Shown: positions 38,701 through 52,939, counted from the stretch's first letter. The stretch is 64,000 nucleotides of DNA from Lama guanicoe (GCA_013239625.1 MU054187.1:20490897-20554896), one strand, 5' to 3'. A program made the numbers and translations. Notes: a model not told the origin generated them from the sequence alone.

Positions 38701-40682
38701 CCAACAACAACAACAAAAAAGCTGTTTGACTGTTTATGTTTGGCACTTTTGCTTTCTTAATTTCTTTCCCACAAAATAGACAATTCTAAGTTCTGCCTGT
38801 CTCTTTCTGTTCTGCTATACTGGAGGTGATGCTTACACTTTATAGTGTGCATGCACTTTATACTATCTGTTACTATCAAGTATCTACAAATAAGTACTCC
38901 CAAAATCATGAAATTTGTAATTCCAGTAAATAAAATCAACTGTTTATGTGAGCACATATGTCACAGTAGAAAATCTGTTTTTGATGATCTTTGAAATAGA
39001 TGAAAAAAATAATATGTATCTAAGCTCTGTAAAGACCTGAATATATTTTTGGGCTTAGTTTTTTGGAGATAATATTTGCTGTTGTTGTTTAGTAAATGTT
39101 CCAAATGAAGGGGAAATTTGGAAGACATATGCCTTTCCCACAAAATGACAACAGACTCTTTGACTAGCAATTTAAATGCTGGTACATGACATTTTTATCT
39201 TTTTAGTTTCTTGTTTCCTCCTCTTCCTTATCCTTCTCTTTCTCCTCCTCACTCTGTTTTGAGTTTCCCATTTGATTTACTTTTAATAGTTTGACCTAAT
39301 TAGAGAAAATTTGGCAATTATATTACACAAGTCTCTCAACTTCTTCGTAATTTTTTGAAATCCAAAACTCTGAGAACCACTGTCTTATGCTATTCTCTTA
39401 ATATATTTATTAACCTGTTATATGGGGGATAAAATATAAGGAAAAAGTAATTTATTATTGTGAGATTAGATATGTCATATATTTTATCATGTGTTACCAC
39501 AGGACTTTTAGGCAAAATAGAGTTTTGTCTTCACATCAAGATAAAACATATTTCTTGTTATCTCTTATTATCTAAGTTCACAGATGAAAATGTTTGGGCA
39601 ATTACAACTTGTCTATTTAAATACGCTTATGTTAATAAAAATAGATATTTGACAGTATGTCTTGTATAGAAAGCATGCCATATAGAAAACAAACATTAAC
39701 TCTTTTTAAAAAGGTGGATTTTAGTCCATTTTCCTTTTGTGGGAGGGAAAAATCCACAGGGAAAAAAGAAGATTCAATAAAGTGTATGATTTCATTTTCT
39801 ATCTTTGAGCAAAACAGAGCTGCCACTAAGCACTGATTCTTTGTAGAGAATTCTGAATATAATGAAGACCAATTATTTTCTTCAGCATCTACCTTGACTC
39901 CCCAGAGTGCTTAGGTAATTAGATGTACTCAGTCGTTTTAATTTTTCTAGTTAACACTGATTTAACTAATTTAAAAAATAAAAAGCTTGTGTTAGACATT
40001 TTGAAGGCAGAGATATTTGCTTCATTTCCATAGCTTCAAATGCCACAAAATACCAGTTAATTAACTGTCCTTATTTGTACCTTGTGAATGCATGCTATTT
40101 TCAACATATGACATTATTTATATAGGTGTGTATATTAAAATTCTATTATAAATCAGATATGACTTATTCCATAAAGTGAAACTATACCAAAATTCCAAGA
40201 AAAAAAAATAATGGCTTCTGGAATACAATAACTGGTAAATTTATTCATGTTTTGATTAGAACAAACAAGAAACAAACAAAGAGTAAGTCTCATGATTTGT
40301 TTTGGAATTGCAATACATTGAAATTGCATAGTGATGTATCTGAAACAGCATTTCCAGGTATTGCTACCCTTCCACTCCTCATAGTCTCTGAACATTTTAT
40401 TATAAAAATAATAACTTTATTATGGTCCTTTATACTACTTGCCAAACATAGAGGCCATAATGAAGGTAAGAAAAATGTAACGTAAGAGACCACAAAAATT
40501 ATGGCTAATTCATTTTATGCATCAGAACGTTTTTAGTGGGAGTTGTTATAATCAATCCACTTTTTAGTATGTGAAGATATAAAACATGGTATGTATCATT
40601 TTACTAGGTAAAATTTTGTCCACATTTAAAGAAAATTATTTTGTATATGTTAAAGTGTGCACTATGAACATACAGTAAAATC

Positions 40683-41007
40683 ATGCCCAAGAGTGGGATT
40701 GCTGGATCATATGGTAAACAAGCAATTCTCCAATGAAGACATATAAATGGCCAATAGACACATGAAAAAATACTCAATATCACTAATCATCAGAGAAATG
40801 CAAATCAAAACTACAAGGAGGCATCACCTCACACTAGTCAGAATGGCCACCATTCAAAAATCCACAAATGACAAATGCTGGAGAGGCTGTGGAGCAAAGG
40901 GAATCCTCCTACACTGCTGGTGGGAATGCAGTTTGGTGCAGCCATTATGGAAAACAGTATGGAGCTTTCTCAAAAAACTAAAAATAGACTTACCATAGGA
41001 TCCAGCA
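40683..41007 (+). mobile_element. Tail-less L1 ORF2 C-terminal fragment with inverted 5' piece
   Basis: ORF 40747-40998 [20 protein letters not shown]; 40683-40717 is minus-strand L1. Confidence 0.9.
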
Positions 41008-41061
41008 TTTGTCAGTAACAAGTTTTAAAAGGACTTACTTTGTTGGCTAGATTAGACAAGG

Positions 41062-41130
41062 TGTGTGAGTGTGTATGTGTGTGTGCGTGTGTGTGTGAGT
41101 GTGAGAGAAAGAGACAGGGCGGGAGAGAGA
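41062..41130. repeat. (TG)n/(GA)n compound microsatellite
   Basis: directly visible. Confidence 0.85.
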
Positions 41131-41924
41131 AGGTCAGAGCTGTGCATTGTGTTTATCTTCTATGTGGACAATGACCACGAGGGACAAAGAAGTTACCTGC
41201 TCAAGGCACTTAGTAATTTGAGGAAAGGAGCTCCTTGTGATTTATAACACACATGTGTCAATCAAAGCCCTTTGTTCATTTGGTGTGTCTTGCCGCTAGA
41301 AAATAAGGAAAGAACTGAATAACTTTAGAAGCTGAGCTATGATCTATGAAAACAGTTATAAAGAGATGTAAAATAATGAATTGCTTATGTTGATCCCTTT
41401 TTCCTGGTTTTCTATTCTAATTCTAGATGGATATATAGATGATAGAGAAATAGAGAGAAGGCTGATAAATTAAATAGACAGATAGAATATATCCAAGGTT
41501 TCTTCTGTGTTCTGAAAGCATATTTGTAATATTATGCAGCTGTGAGTCGAATTTTCTCCGCTGACTTCTGCTGATCGCTTAATATTACTATCCTCCCCTG
41601 GACAGTCTACATATTTCTCATTTAAGTGTTGCATTTTATTTCTAAGAGGTTAAAAATAATTGCTTTAAATATTTTAAATATTTTATTTTTAAGAGGACAC
41701 ATTTTAATGTCTAATAAAGGACTCATGTTTCTCTGAGTAATAGGCTATGATATTGCGTACTTCTCTTAGTCACCCTTTCTCACTTTTTCCCCAATGTAAT
41801 CCTGCTCTGGACCCACTACTGTACTGTAAGTCATGTAAGTTTGTAATTGCAGCATGTATAACCAGGCTGAGGAAATACAATTAGGGGCTACTATCCCAAA
41901 GGGCTATTAAATCAATTTAATCCC

Positions 41925-42830
41925 ATTAAAAAGCTTTGCACACTGACGTTATATCAGGCACTGTACTAAACATGAAGAATACAAATAAATATATGTTCCA
42001 ATCAGTCTTCCAAAGAGCCTATATTTTTATTATATGGGAGACAAAAATAAATAAATGCTTGTAACACAGTTATGAATATTTATGAGAGGTCCTAAGACTG
42101 GATAAAAATATTCAGAGAAGCATTTCTATATTACTCACAAGCATTCATATAGTTCCTTGCCTAGACTATGCATATGTGCTATGTTTACTGCTATAGTTTT
42201 TGCTGAGGAAAAGACTAAATCAATGAGTGCACGAAGTAAGCTATGCACTGAGATAAACTGAGGTACCATGGAAGCTGGAATTCACTGTTCTCTAGTGAAT
42301 CCGGGAAGATTTAATAGTAGAAGAGATGATTAAGTTCAGTTTTCCAAGACACAGAAGCTGGCCAATGTACTTTACGCGGGGCTTGGAATTTCAAGCAGAA
42401 GGCAGAGCCTGAGCAAGAACTCAGAGGTCAGCGATGCAAGAGCTCATTCAAGAACTGTGAGCATCGTCACCTGGCTATGGGACCAGAGGATGATGAAGAA
42501 GAGCTAAGGCTGACGGCGTTGTCAAATAGATGCAATCACAAATTCACGTACTTTTAAAAGGTACTCAGATATCCTGCTCCACTCTGATTTTTTAAGCAAA
42601 AATGGCACACTTTCCCATTTATCCTGTCTGTTGCCTCGGAACCCTTCCCATCACATGACTCCAAAGAGCCACTAATGCTGTTTTTGAGTAGCCATGTGAG
42701 AAGATACCTAATTGGCAATGTTGTTACATTAAATAATTCAAGAATATTAATGAGATGTATAAAATGATGGCATTAGCCTTTTGGAAAGATTCCCTTTGGC
42801 CAGGATCTAAGGTGAACTGGAGAGAGCAGA
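41925..42830 (-). mobile_element. Fragmented L2
   Basis: 'atcaggcactgtactaaacatgaagaatacaaa', 'ggaatttcaagcagaaggcagagcctgagcaaga', 'ttttggaaagattccctttggc'. Confidence 0.6.
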
Positions 42831-43347
42831 AGATATGTATTTTTCTTTGTATGTTAAAACTTCAATCTCATCAGCCCAACATTTATTTGCTTAGTCAGAA
42901 ATGTCCTGACTACTGACAAGATGATGTTTTTTCAAGACTAGATGTAAATAGCAGAGGGAATATAATTAGATGCACTTGGTACTCACAACTGCTAAATTGC
43001 CAAAAGGTATATTTTAAGTATCTTTAACTTCTGTTTCTGTGTATTCTCTCCAAGGTAGCATTTTGCATTTTCAACCAGCGAGAGCAGATAATATAATCAG
43101 TCCAGCACCTTTCCAGTTTGCTTTTTCCTGTAACTCTAACCCTTAACAGTCAGGACACTCATTGTAAATGCTGTTGTACCAGAGGGAAACACGTAAAAGT
43201 ACATGACAACAACCACAAAAATCATCTTCGAAGAATATGAACCTACCTAAGAAAATCAGCCCTGAAATCTTAGTGAAATATACTTATACTCCTTTCTTTT
43301 TCCACTAAGTTCTTACTTTTTCTTAATTGGAATTTCATACAAACAGA

Positions 43348-43955
43348 TTTTTTTCAAAAGATTTTATTGAAGTGCAGTTGATTTACAATGTTAGTTCCTG
43401 GTGTACATCAAAGGGATTCAGTTATACATATGCATACATACGTATTTTTTCTTTTCGGATTCTTTTCCATCTTGTTATTACCAGGAATGGAATGTAGTTC
43501 CCTACACTATACAGTAGGTCCTTGTTGTTTATCTATTTTATTTATAGTAATATGTGTCTGTTAATCCCCAATTCCTAATTTATCCCTCCCTGCCCTTTCC
43601 CCTTTGGTAATCATAGTTTGTTTTCTCTGTCCCTGAGTCTGTTTTTGGTTTGTAAATAGAATTTGTATCATTTTTTTAAATGCCACATATAAGTGGTATC
43701 ATATGATATTTGTCTTTCTCTGACTCACTTCACTCAATATGGTAATCTCTCAGTCCATCCACGTTGCTACAAATGGCATTATTTCATTCTTTTCATGGCT
43801 GAGTAATATTCCATAGTATATATACCACATCGTCATTATCCAGTCAACTGTCTTGGCTATTGTAAATAGTGCCACTATGAACATTAGAGTGCATGTGTCT
43901 TTTCAAATTATAGTTTTTCCAGATTTATGCCCAGGCGTGGGATTGCTGGATTGTA
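43348..43955 (-). mobile_element. 5'-truncated L1 (ORF2 end plus 3'UTR)
   Basis: 'tttattgaagtgcagttgatttacaatg...ggctgagtaatattccat...gcccaggcgtgggattgctggat'. Confidence 0.92.
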
Positions 43956-44444
43956 GAATTTTGAATAGCAGGCTTTTTTTATTCATCGTCATGAGGAAGT
44001 ATAAACAATTCATATGCTATGAGAAAAAAAGGGCTTGTGATGTTAGTTATAGCTAAGGGTCAGATAAAGTCCTATATGCCCTTTACATTTGGTTATCCAA
44101 TGTGTATCACAGATGAATCAGAATATGTGGACAAATTTTACAGAAGTTCACCATGTGACTTACTAAATTAAGGACAACTCATTGTTGCCTCTAACAGTAT
44201 TAAGATAAGTTTCACATAGAGATTGAAATAATCTCATTTAAATTATGCTGCATTTTAAAGCACAAATGATTACTGCAATGTCTACTCATAAGTGTACCCA
44301 CATAAATAGTATATACCTTAATGACAGTGCACATATATATAACTATTAACTAACAAATGAGTACTGTTGAGTGATTGCTCCATTCAGTTCACACAAAGTT
44401 TCCTAAGGATGCTGTAGAGTTAAGTGGACAGCAAACACAAAGAG

Positions 44445-44610
44445 TGATGCAATTTAAAGGCAAGGGAATAGGATTTGGAGTCAGTTTCTAATGCTGCATT
44501 GTTCAAGCTATAATATCTTAGGGAAAGAATGTAAACTCCACTGTCTCTGCTTTAAAACCGAAACCAAATAAGATAGTGTTAGTGACATCTCTTCCTAATA
44601 GCTGTAGGTA
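44445..44610 (+). mobile_element. MIR SINE (degenerate)
   Basis: 'ggatttggagtcag...cttagggaaag...actgtctctgcttt'. Confidence 0.45.
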
Positions 44611-44961
44611 ACTGCAAAATGTTAGCAGTACTGTGGCCATTCGCTACAGCTGAGTCCAATTAATAATCAACTAATTGAAATTTTCCTGTTTACAGTTCCA
44701 CCACATATTTAGATAATTCTCCATGGCTGAGTCACTCTGTCAACACCCTGGAATTTGAAATAGAACCTTGATGTTAGCGGCATACATATTTGCCATTTCA
44801 ACTTTTCATGAATAATTTGAAAGATCAGTGGTATGCGTTATGTACAAGACATGTACAAAATTGTAATTTTGTTGGAATTCACATCTGAATTATTGGTGAT
44901 TAGGTCAGCCCCATCCATAACCATAGTGAGTAAAATTAGTCTGATTAAAAAAACACATCTC

Positions 44962-45540
44962 CAAGTTTTAGTCTGAGTTCTCCTGAAAACAGCCTGATTC
45001 AATGGCATGCATGCAGGTAGTATATTTGCAAAGTGGTCTCAGGCAGCAGAAGTAAGGGATGGAGGGAAGAGGACAGCTGTGAAATGAACTAGGAGAAGTG
45101 GAATGTACAAGGACGGAAGTCAGTAGAAATATCTGTTGTAAAGTTAGTTATTGATGCAATTCCCTGATCTCTGACTCGGAGAAATCTGTGGATAAACCTA
45201 TGAACTCTATCCTCAGACTTTCTACCCAGGACACAAAAAGAGAGATAGGATTCATCTCTTGATATGGGTCCCTATTAGTCAATTGTAAGCATTAACTCTG
45301 CCACAAATACAGGTCATGCATGTGTGTGGGATGTGCATTAACCTTGCAGAGCTGTTGCAGCATCAGGGAAGCCCAGAGCAAGAAGCAAGCAGTACACAGT
45401 GTGGGTCAGAAGTAAGGCACTGTTGGATTGCAACTGCATGAAGCTGATTAAAGCCCTTTGTGTCACCAGTTGTCACACAGTGAGTGAAGCAGTAGGGAGG
45501 CAAGTAGGATTTTGAAGTAGTATGAAAGAAGTTTCCAATG
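44962..45540 (-). mobile_element. ERVL LTR, LTR33/LTR16-like
   Basis: 'tagtctgagttctcctgaaaacagcctga...tgcaggtagtatatttgcaaagtggtctcaggcagca', 'cctcagac', 'gtccctattagt...cattaactct' follow reverse LTR33 order. Confidence 0.65.
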
Positions 45541-46044
45541 TATTAAACAATTTTTCTCCTCTAAAAAGTAGTTATTTCTTAGTCCTGGCATATCTGATGA
45601 GAATCTGAGCATTTACTACATATGGCATTTTCTGCCTTGGATGGAAGATGAGATATGAAATTCGTGGAATAAAGTAAAATTTATGAAGAAAAGTGTCTAA
45701 TAGGAAGAGTTCTCTTTTGTAAATTGACATTGTCAAATTTCCTGTGCGGCCAATGAAACTGATCTATGAAACTTCATCAGTATATCGTCACTTCTTACAC
45801 GGCCAAATTGTGATTTAAAAATCCTGAAGCAGTCCATTATGTTTGATATAAGAAAATGTGAGTAATAGTAAACTCAGGAAGAAAACAAATTAGCCCATTT
45901 GCAATACAATCATTCTTTTGGTCATTAGCCATGTAACTTCTACACAACATTTTTAAAGTTAGTCTTCAGTTTAAGTCAATTTAATCACCTTAACAAATGA
46001 TCTTTGAACAAAACAGCATTGTTTTTAGCCCTCCGGGAGACACA

Positions 46045-46230
46045 TAGGTAAAATGTTAAGGGTTAAGACTGAAGAGATACATTTTAGACTTGATTTTTTT
46101 TTTCTCATGTACCATTTTGTGACCTTGGAAACTAATTTGGCTTTAGGGGGATTTAATTGTCTCACCTTTAAATGGGAGATTCAATCAAATGGACTTAATA
46201 GTCCTTAAATTTATATAATTCTATGAATCT
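46045..46230 (+). mobile_element. MIR3-like SINE
   Basis: 'tgtgaccttggaaa..ctcacctttaaatgggag...gtcctt...attctatgaatct'. Confidence 0.6.
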
Positions 46231-48534
46231 TCTTGACATGGATCCCCCAGTATGTTTATCTATGCTCATCCCAATATGATACACATTTAATGTTCTAGCT
46301 GTTTCCTAAATCTCATATTAAGTATAATTTTAGAACCATCTGTCCAAGCACAGGTAACTGAAACTGTATAACAATATAAGCACCTGTGTTGCTATGACTA
46401 TTACAGCACATCCTGCCTTTCCTAGCTGACATTTTACTGTCCAAAAAATTCTGTTTGAATCTGAATCATAAATGTGTTCAGACTTTCATAGTTTTCCTTA
46501 AAAGCATATGTAAATGACACTGACTTTCTTGAGCTTATCACTATAAATGCTGACCTTCTAATAATGCTTTATAGATTTTCATTTTATATTCAGCCAAAGG
46601 CAATTAAAATTGCTGGTTGATACCACTTACTTGAATAAGGGAATTTTTTTATCATTTAAAAAACGTTCCATTTAAATTGTGGAAGTAAAACATTATGCAG
46701 TTTCTTATTGCTTGCTGTCATTTTGAGAAACATAGTTTTGTAAAATACTGAATTAAGTTCAGAAATAGCATTCGCATTGCAGTTTTTCTGTGTCTGGATG
46801 ACAGCTAGTAGTGAATTCACTTTTACTTAAAGATTGCTCTGTGTATTGTCAGGTTTATTGGTTAATTTTAACTGTTACCATTGCTTAAAACTGAACTGTT
46901 AGAATGTCATTTTATTAGAAATTCAGTCTCCTCACAAAATCACAGGTTTTAACTTTTACATTGTTTTTTCCCCCTTACTTAGAGCTGAATTTTTTTAAAG
47001 ACTCGGCAAATATGACACTGACAAAGAAGAAACAAGCAAAGAGTATGCCAAAGGGATGATTAAACATACCAGTTTCCCAGTGGTACATACAACACTGTGA
47101 TCACACAGCAGTTTATGCATAACTTCCAAGGCTCAACAAAACTAGTGAGCGCTTCGGCACCCAGATCATCACTGTCGTATTTCCCTTTGGCAGCTGTTAA
47201 CGATTATCAGCCTTGTTGTGATGACGATTATTCTCTGGATGCTCCTTTTGGCTCGGCTGTTCTTGGCCTATCCTTCCCCACGCCCAGCAAGAGCCAAGTG
47301 AGAGCAGTGACCTGGGAGCAAGCCAGGGTGGAGTTCTGCCTGGCTCTTTCATGGAATGAATGCTTAATAATGGCTGCATTTGAAAGTCATGGAAATAAAA
47401 ACAATTTAAAATGTTGTAAGCCTGATAATCATTCTTCTCCCTGTTGCTTAATATTATAGAGGAAAATATGTTGGTACTTAACATAAAAATAAATTAAATA
47501 AACTAAGTCAAATCCCAATTTTTCAACTGATGCTTTTGATTCTTTTTTCTTATATTCAGTTTGCTAAAAGTGGGGCTAAGCATACTTGGCTTTTCAAGAT
47601 CATTGAAGATCAAAATTTGAATGAGGTATTACAGTGTGAACATGTGTATAAACCACTTACTTTTATAAATGTGCAAGGCTTTTTTTTTCAATAATACCCT
47701 AGTTCATCCTAGCATTATGTATATATAAAATAACAATATTATATATATGTTTTGGTGAAAGAAATTAGGCGTTTCAAGTCACAGACTGCTTAAAAATTAG
47801 TCTGCTTTAACTCTAAGAATAAGTTTAAAAAGTTTCAATGTCAACAATCTGAAGCCTCAGTAGAAAATGAATATAAACAGAGCATCTAAGGTGAAACTAA
47901 CAGCATTGTTAATGTCAATTCAGTACATGAGTTCATAAATTGGATTATACTTCACATCCATGAAATTAAGGACATGCTATCATCCCTTTTAAAGTAAATA
48001 ACTTTGAAGCCAAATTACCTGGAGCCAAACCTTTCAGTCCTGGGATTCTTTTGTTTTTCCTCATTCATTTTACGGTGGCCGATATTAAGTTTCCTTGAGA
48101 AAGCTTATTAATCAGAATCCCAATGGGGCATACACTTACCTTCTTTATATTCTACGCAAAGCTTTGGAAATGTTCTGTGCTCCATAAATGTTTATTAGAG
48201 GAATTGGTGAACACTGTAAGTCTATATAAATGCCACTGTGGTTCTTCATAGGGTAGGTTGGTCTACCTCTGTTGGAGGTAACAATATTTCAAGAGGAATG
48301 ATGAAACATAATACATTAAAAACAGTAATTGTCAGGCTTTGTTTCATTGCTTATGTAGTTATCTTTAGGGATATACTTTTATACAAACATTTGAAACCTT
48401 GCTTTATGCATTCTACTGACTTTAATGTTTTTCATTAACAAGAGAGAGGATTGAGTTTATATATTTAATAAACTTGGGCTTTTCCCAAAGTGTATGAATG
48501 CCTGGGATTGTCAGTCTAATTACATCGTACTATA

Positions 48535-48710
48535 GTGTAAAATATATGTGTGTATATATGAATATGCATGTTTTATGTATATGATTCCATTTTCTCATAT
48601 TTAAATGTGGGAGCAAATAATCTGCATATTATTCATATATATTATTAACATATACATACATATATGCATGTATATATACATATATAGTCTCTTTCTGTAT
48701 GTGTACATGG
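48535..48710. repeat. (TA)/(TG)-rich low complexity
   Basis: directly visible. Confidence 0.7.
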
Positions 48711-48939
48711 AAGAATTAGAGTGTTCATAAATTAGAAAGAAGGTTTTTAAAAATACAGTAGATAACAGCATTTTGTCAGGACTTTAAAATAGAGGGTAAA
48801 ACTGTCATAAGCTTGTAGGTTCTTTCAAATCTAGATTCCTAACACATCAGGATCCAGAAACAGAAGTCAATGGACTCTAACCAAACATACATCCCGGCAA
48901 ACCCTGGATTCCTAGGAAGATAAAATTGGATCACCCTAT

Positions 48940-49383
48940 TGTAATAGAAAAGAACAAATCTGACTGTATATTAGGACTGTTCCTTTAGCTTTAACCACTG
49001 TGCCGTTTTCTAGGCTTAGTCTTGCTAGCTCTGCACTCACTTAAAGATAACAAAGTTGCAGAATAGAGAATAACCTTTGTTTTGCTGGAGGTTTTACAGG
49101 AGCACCATGACCTGGCCCATGTGAACAGCTGCAGGAACACAGAATTCCTACAGCAAGAAATTTGCAACAACAAACCACATCCTCTCCCCTGTTTTTGTTT
49201 TTGTTTTTTGCATAAAAGGAGCCTGTATTCTGACTGAAGTAGGAGGTTTCCCAAGACATTATTCTGCCATCCTGTCTGTCTGCTGGCTTTCCAAATTAAG
49301 TCGCTATTCCTTGCTCCAACACCTCATCTCCCAATTTATTGACCTGTCATGCTGTGAGCAGAATGAGTTTGGACTCGGTAACA
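48940..49383 (+). mobile_element. ERV1 solo LTR (MER41-like artiodactyl family), perfect 4-bp TSD
   Basis: tgtaatagaaaagaacaaatctgact...ggactcggtaaca; TSD ctat at 48936-48939 and 49384-49387; same family as the 60275 copy. Confidence 0.92.
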
Positions 49384-50149
49384 CTATTATATTCCTAAGA
49401 GAAATGGTTACTATGAGTTGAAATCCCCAAGTTCTCCTCTGACTGCCAATAGGCAAGTATAGGACAGATCCAACCAAAATTACTAGTGTGCTGCGATTTC
49501 AAAGTGTATTCTTTTTCCCCTCCTGGATGTCCTACACCATTCATCCCTGATTCTATTGTCTGACTTTTTGCTTTGAGGAAATTGTACCCCAGACAGATAC
49601 TAAGCTTTGAAAGCCAAGAAAAAAGAGTAAAAGCCCAGGAAAAAATTCTGTTGTATTGTAATTACATCTCTTGGCTCATACTATTTCCATATATGTATTA
49701 GGATTTTATAAGTGGACTACTACTGTAGGAATATTATTTGCTGTGAAGGGTTTGATAACCAAATTAAGATAAAATTTATTAGATTTTATTCTGTTCAATC
49801 CAATGCAACTGCGCCAAACTTTCATTCAGTTAATGTAGAAAGATATTATAGGAGATTAAAAAAAGAAGAATCCTGAATCAAAATATATACAGGTAAATAA
49901 TATCTATGTGTAAGCTAGCCTCATACAGGTAATCAGTGCTAAAACGGATGTGCAAAATGTGTCATTGTGAGTTCAAAATATATCTATTATAATCCCTTAA
50001 TATTGCCTAAAATTTGATAGTAAGTAAGAGGTTTTCAAATTTTGCCCTAGACTATCCTTATAATCCTTACAGATTAAAACCTTAGTCATGCTTGGTTTTA
50101 ATGCGTGGAGGGAGGGAGAAGACAGCTGATCTCCAAGCCCTGGAGTTAG

Positions 50150-50222
50150 ACAGATGATAACAAAGATGATAATGATGGATGATGGATAGATAGATAATGG
50201 ATAGATAGAGATAGATAGATAA
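50150..50222. repeat. (GATA)/(GATG) simple repeat
   Basis: directly visible. Confidence 0.8.
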
Positions 50223-51171
50223 CTTCCTTTTTAATCTTTGCTTAATGAAAGGGTCCCCATGCTAAGCATGCTTGAAAATGTCTGTTTAGTTTTAAGCCAC
50301 AATGATATTTAGAGGTGAACCAATGCATGTTTCAAAGATGTAGCTAGGTATTGCTCAGAACATTTTTGGTTCTGACTGATGTATTTGCATGCAAGAATTT
50401 CTCTTACAATGAACCAAACTGCCTACTGTGTAGTCAGAAATGATGGTGATGTGTTAAAATTACACCTTTTTGCACACTTTCTTCAAGAAAAGTGAGCATT
50501 AGAGTGTTAGAGACTGAATGTTTCTCTTTAATGCACAATGACCTTGTCAAGATGTTGACAAAAAGGTGGCAAGTAGGTATATTGTGCACGGGTCAGTGAG
50601 CTTTGGGCTTGTCAAAAACATGATCCACTGCTGTGCCTACCTTCATTTCTCAGCAGGGGACTATCTCAAGTTTTAGTACAAAAAAAAAAAAAGTACCAAA
50701 GTGGGGAAAAATAAAGATAATTGACAAAGAAAAATCTCTATGAGCTGTCTTACTGCTTAGTTACCTCATCTTTTAAGCAGCATTGTAAACATTTAAATGC
50801 ACATATTAGCTATATTAGCTAGACTGGGCACTGGATCACAGCAAGCGATTTGAGCGTTGCCATCAATCGTCAGAAATTGATCATGCTTGTTTCTGGTGTT
50901 TGCTTTCTCTGTGGCTTTTTTCCTTAGCATCAAATTACTAATCATTCCTTCACATATCACAAGTTAAAGTGTCAATAAGGACATGTTTTTGCGTTACCTT
51001 TCTTTGCCAATATGACATACCTAAGACTGTATTTACTAGGGAATTAAGCCAGTTGTGTAGTGTCTACTTTAAATTCCATTATTAATTTGTTTTGTGGCCA
51101 GTAATACTTTCTTTGCCTATCTGCACTGTTATCAGAACAAGTGAGAACTGTGTATGGGAAAACACTAACAT

Positions 51172-51342
51172 GGTGTCTGGCATGTGCTGCCCAGACCCCC
51201 CTTAGGTACTAAAAACTTATTTTTTTGCTGCTGGGATGGTTGGCACCAGAAAGCCTTCAGCTATCAGCTTTGGAATTGATGTAGAAGACATTCCTCAGGT
51301 TTATGGTCCTGCCCCATTTGCAGGGTACTGTGCATCAGTTAC
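51172..51342 (+). mobile_element. LTR16B-like ERVL LTR 5' fragment
   Basis: 'gctgcccagacccccctt...gctgctggga...ccttcagctatcagc...ggaattg'. Confidence 0.6.
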
Positions 51343-52939
51343 ATATCTTACATCACAATTAAAAGAAAACCAACTACTGATCAGTGAATGATAATGTGTC
51401 TTAATTTCAAGTGTATGTTAGATACACAGGTTCCACTTCATCAAATGGACTAAAGAAGTTTAGCTAATGCAAGTCTTGTTACACTGGATACTTCAAATTA
51501 GCATATTAAAAATCTCCCAAAACAAAATTACTAACCAATTTGGATTCATGAATTTGTACAATTCTTCCTCCTGTTAACAATAACCTTAATCCTTTCTTCA
51601 ACCTTTTTTTCACATTTAAAAACCGTTCAGTTTTGTGAATTAACACATATTAATTTTTACAATCCACTGTGTGATCCTTGATCAAAATTCAGATTACAAG
51701 TATTCAGAAACATTCTTGCTCCTCTGATGTAATAATATGAGAATTGTGACTTCTATGCCTTACAAAATGGAGGCTAGTTTTTGAGTAAACATAGATGTTC
51801 ATTAATTATATGACTTTTCTGGGAAGGGTACCTATACTTTCCTTGGGTATCAGTGAAGATGTCTTTACCCTTAAATATACACAGATTTCATTGATATTCA
51901 AATTTCCGCAAGTAAAGTAAAGGAATACCAGAACAACTAGGGAAAAATCAGTGGCAAGCAAATACTCTGAAGCCAGAATATTGAAACAATATAAATTAGG
52001 AAAAAACAGATATTTTCTTTTATATTGCCTTTTTTAATCCCTGAAGAACCATCCAGCAAATCTCTTCCTGCATTTCTAAAGCTTCCTTTCATCCCCCACT
52101 CCTCCCTATTCCCTCTAATTTAAGATGCTCATTTTAACCAAATGTAGGTTGGAGGCAGCTGGTAAAATAATGAAATATCAGTGTGCACACACACCATTTG
52201 CGTCCTATATTTATATCCCCAATTTGAATTTGAAGCCAAACACATGAATTGACTACAAGAAGCGAAATCACTGAATGTTGCCATTTGGAAGGTCAACTAA
52301 ACAATTATAAATTCTCAGAGCTGTAAGAAAGTAGATATCTCATAAAACTCCCATGATCAACTATTATTCCATTTGCATCTTAATGTCTACCTTCCACACT
52401 TCCTTAGAGTCTGCCAGGTTTGGACTGGTCCTGCTCTCATTTACACCACTGGTACACACACCAATGAACTCTCAGGTGTAGTTTCCCTATATTTGAAATA
52501 AATTCATGGTTATGAACCCAAAGGAAGGAAGTATTTAAAATAATTATTGAAAAATACATAATGATAATTTGTAGCTTAAGATTACCAAAATGAAATTATC
52601 CTGCACTGAAATTTTAATATGAAATCATCTCAATTAAGTTAGATTTATCATATAATGTAACTAATCACAATAGCATAGCTAATCATGAATTAATTACCTT
52701 TGGAAAATACTGAAACAAAGACTGAAAATTCAGCTCTTAGAAAGATCACCTCATATTTGAATTTTCAGAAACTATGTTAAAATTTAAAACTATATTCAAG
52801 ATTGCATTATTAAACATCATCATTTTTAAGGGAAATCTGGTTGAACTCAAAGCATAGAGTAGTGAGCAAGAGCCCCAGAATTCGGTTTAATTGTTCAAGG
52901 TTCCTCTGCATCCCAACAATATTTGAGATCTGGATTCAA

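Noticed and set aside
39325..39630. Possible old DNA-transposon remnant
   Set aside because: Only faint similarity; terminal inverted repeats could not be established by eye.
48940..49383. Interferon-responsive (STAT1 GAS) enhancer as known for some MER41 LTRs
   Set aside because: I could not find a canonical TTCNNNGAA in either copy, and the MER41 assignment is tentative.
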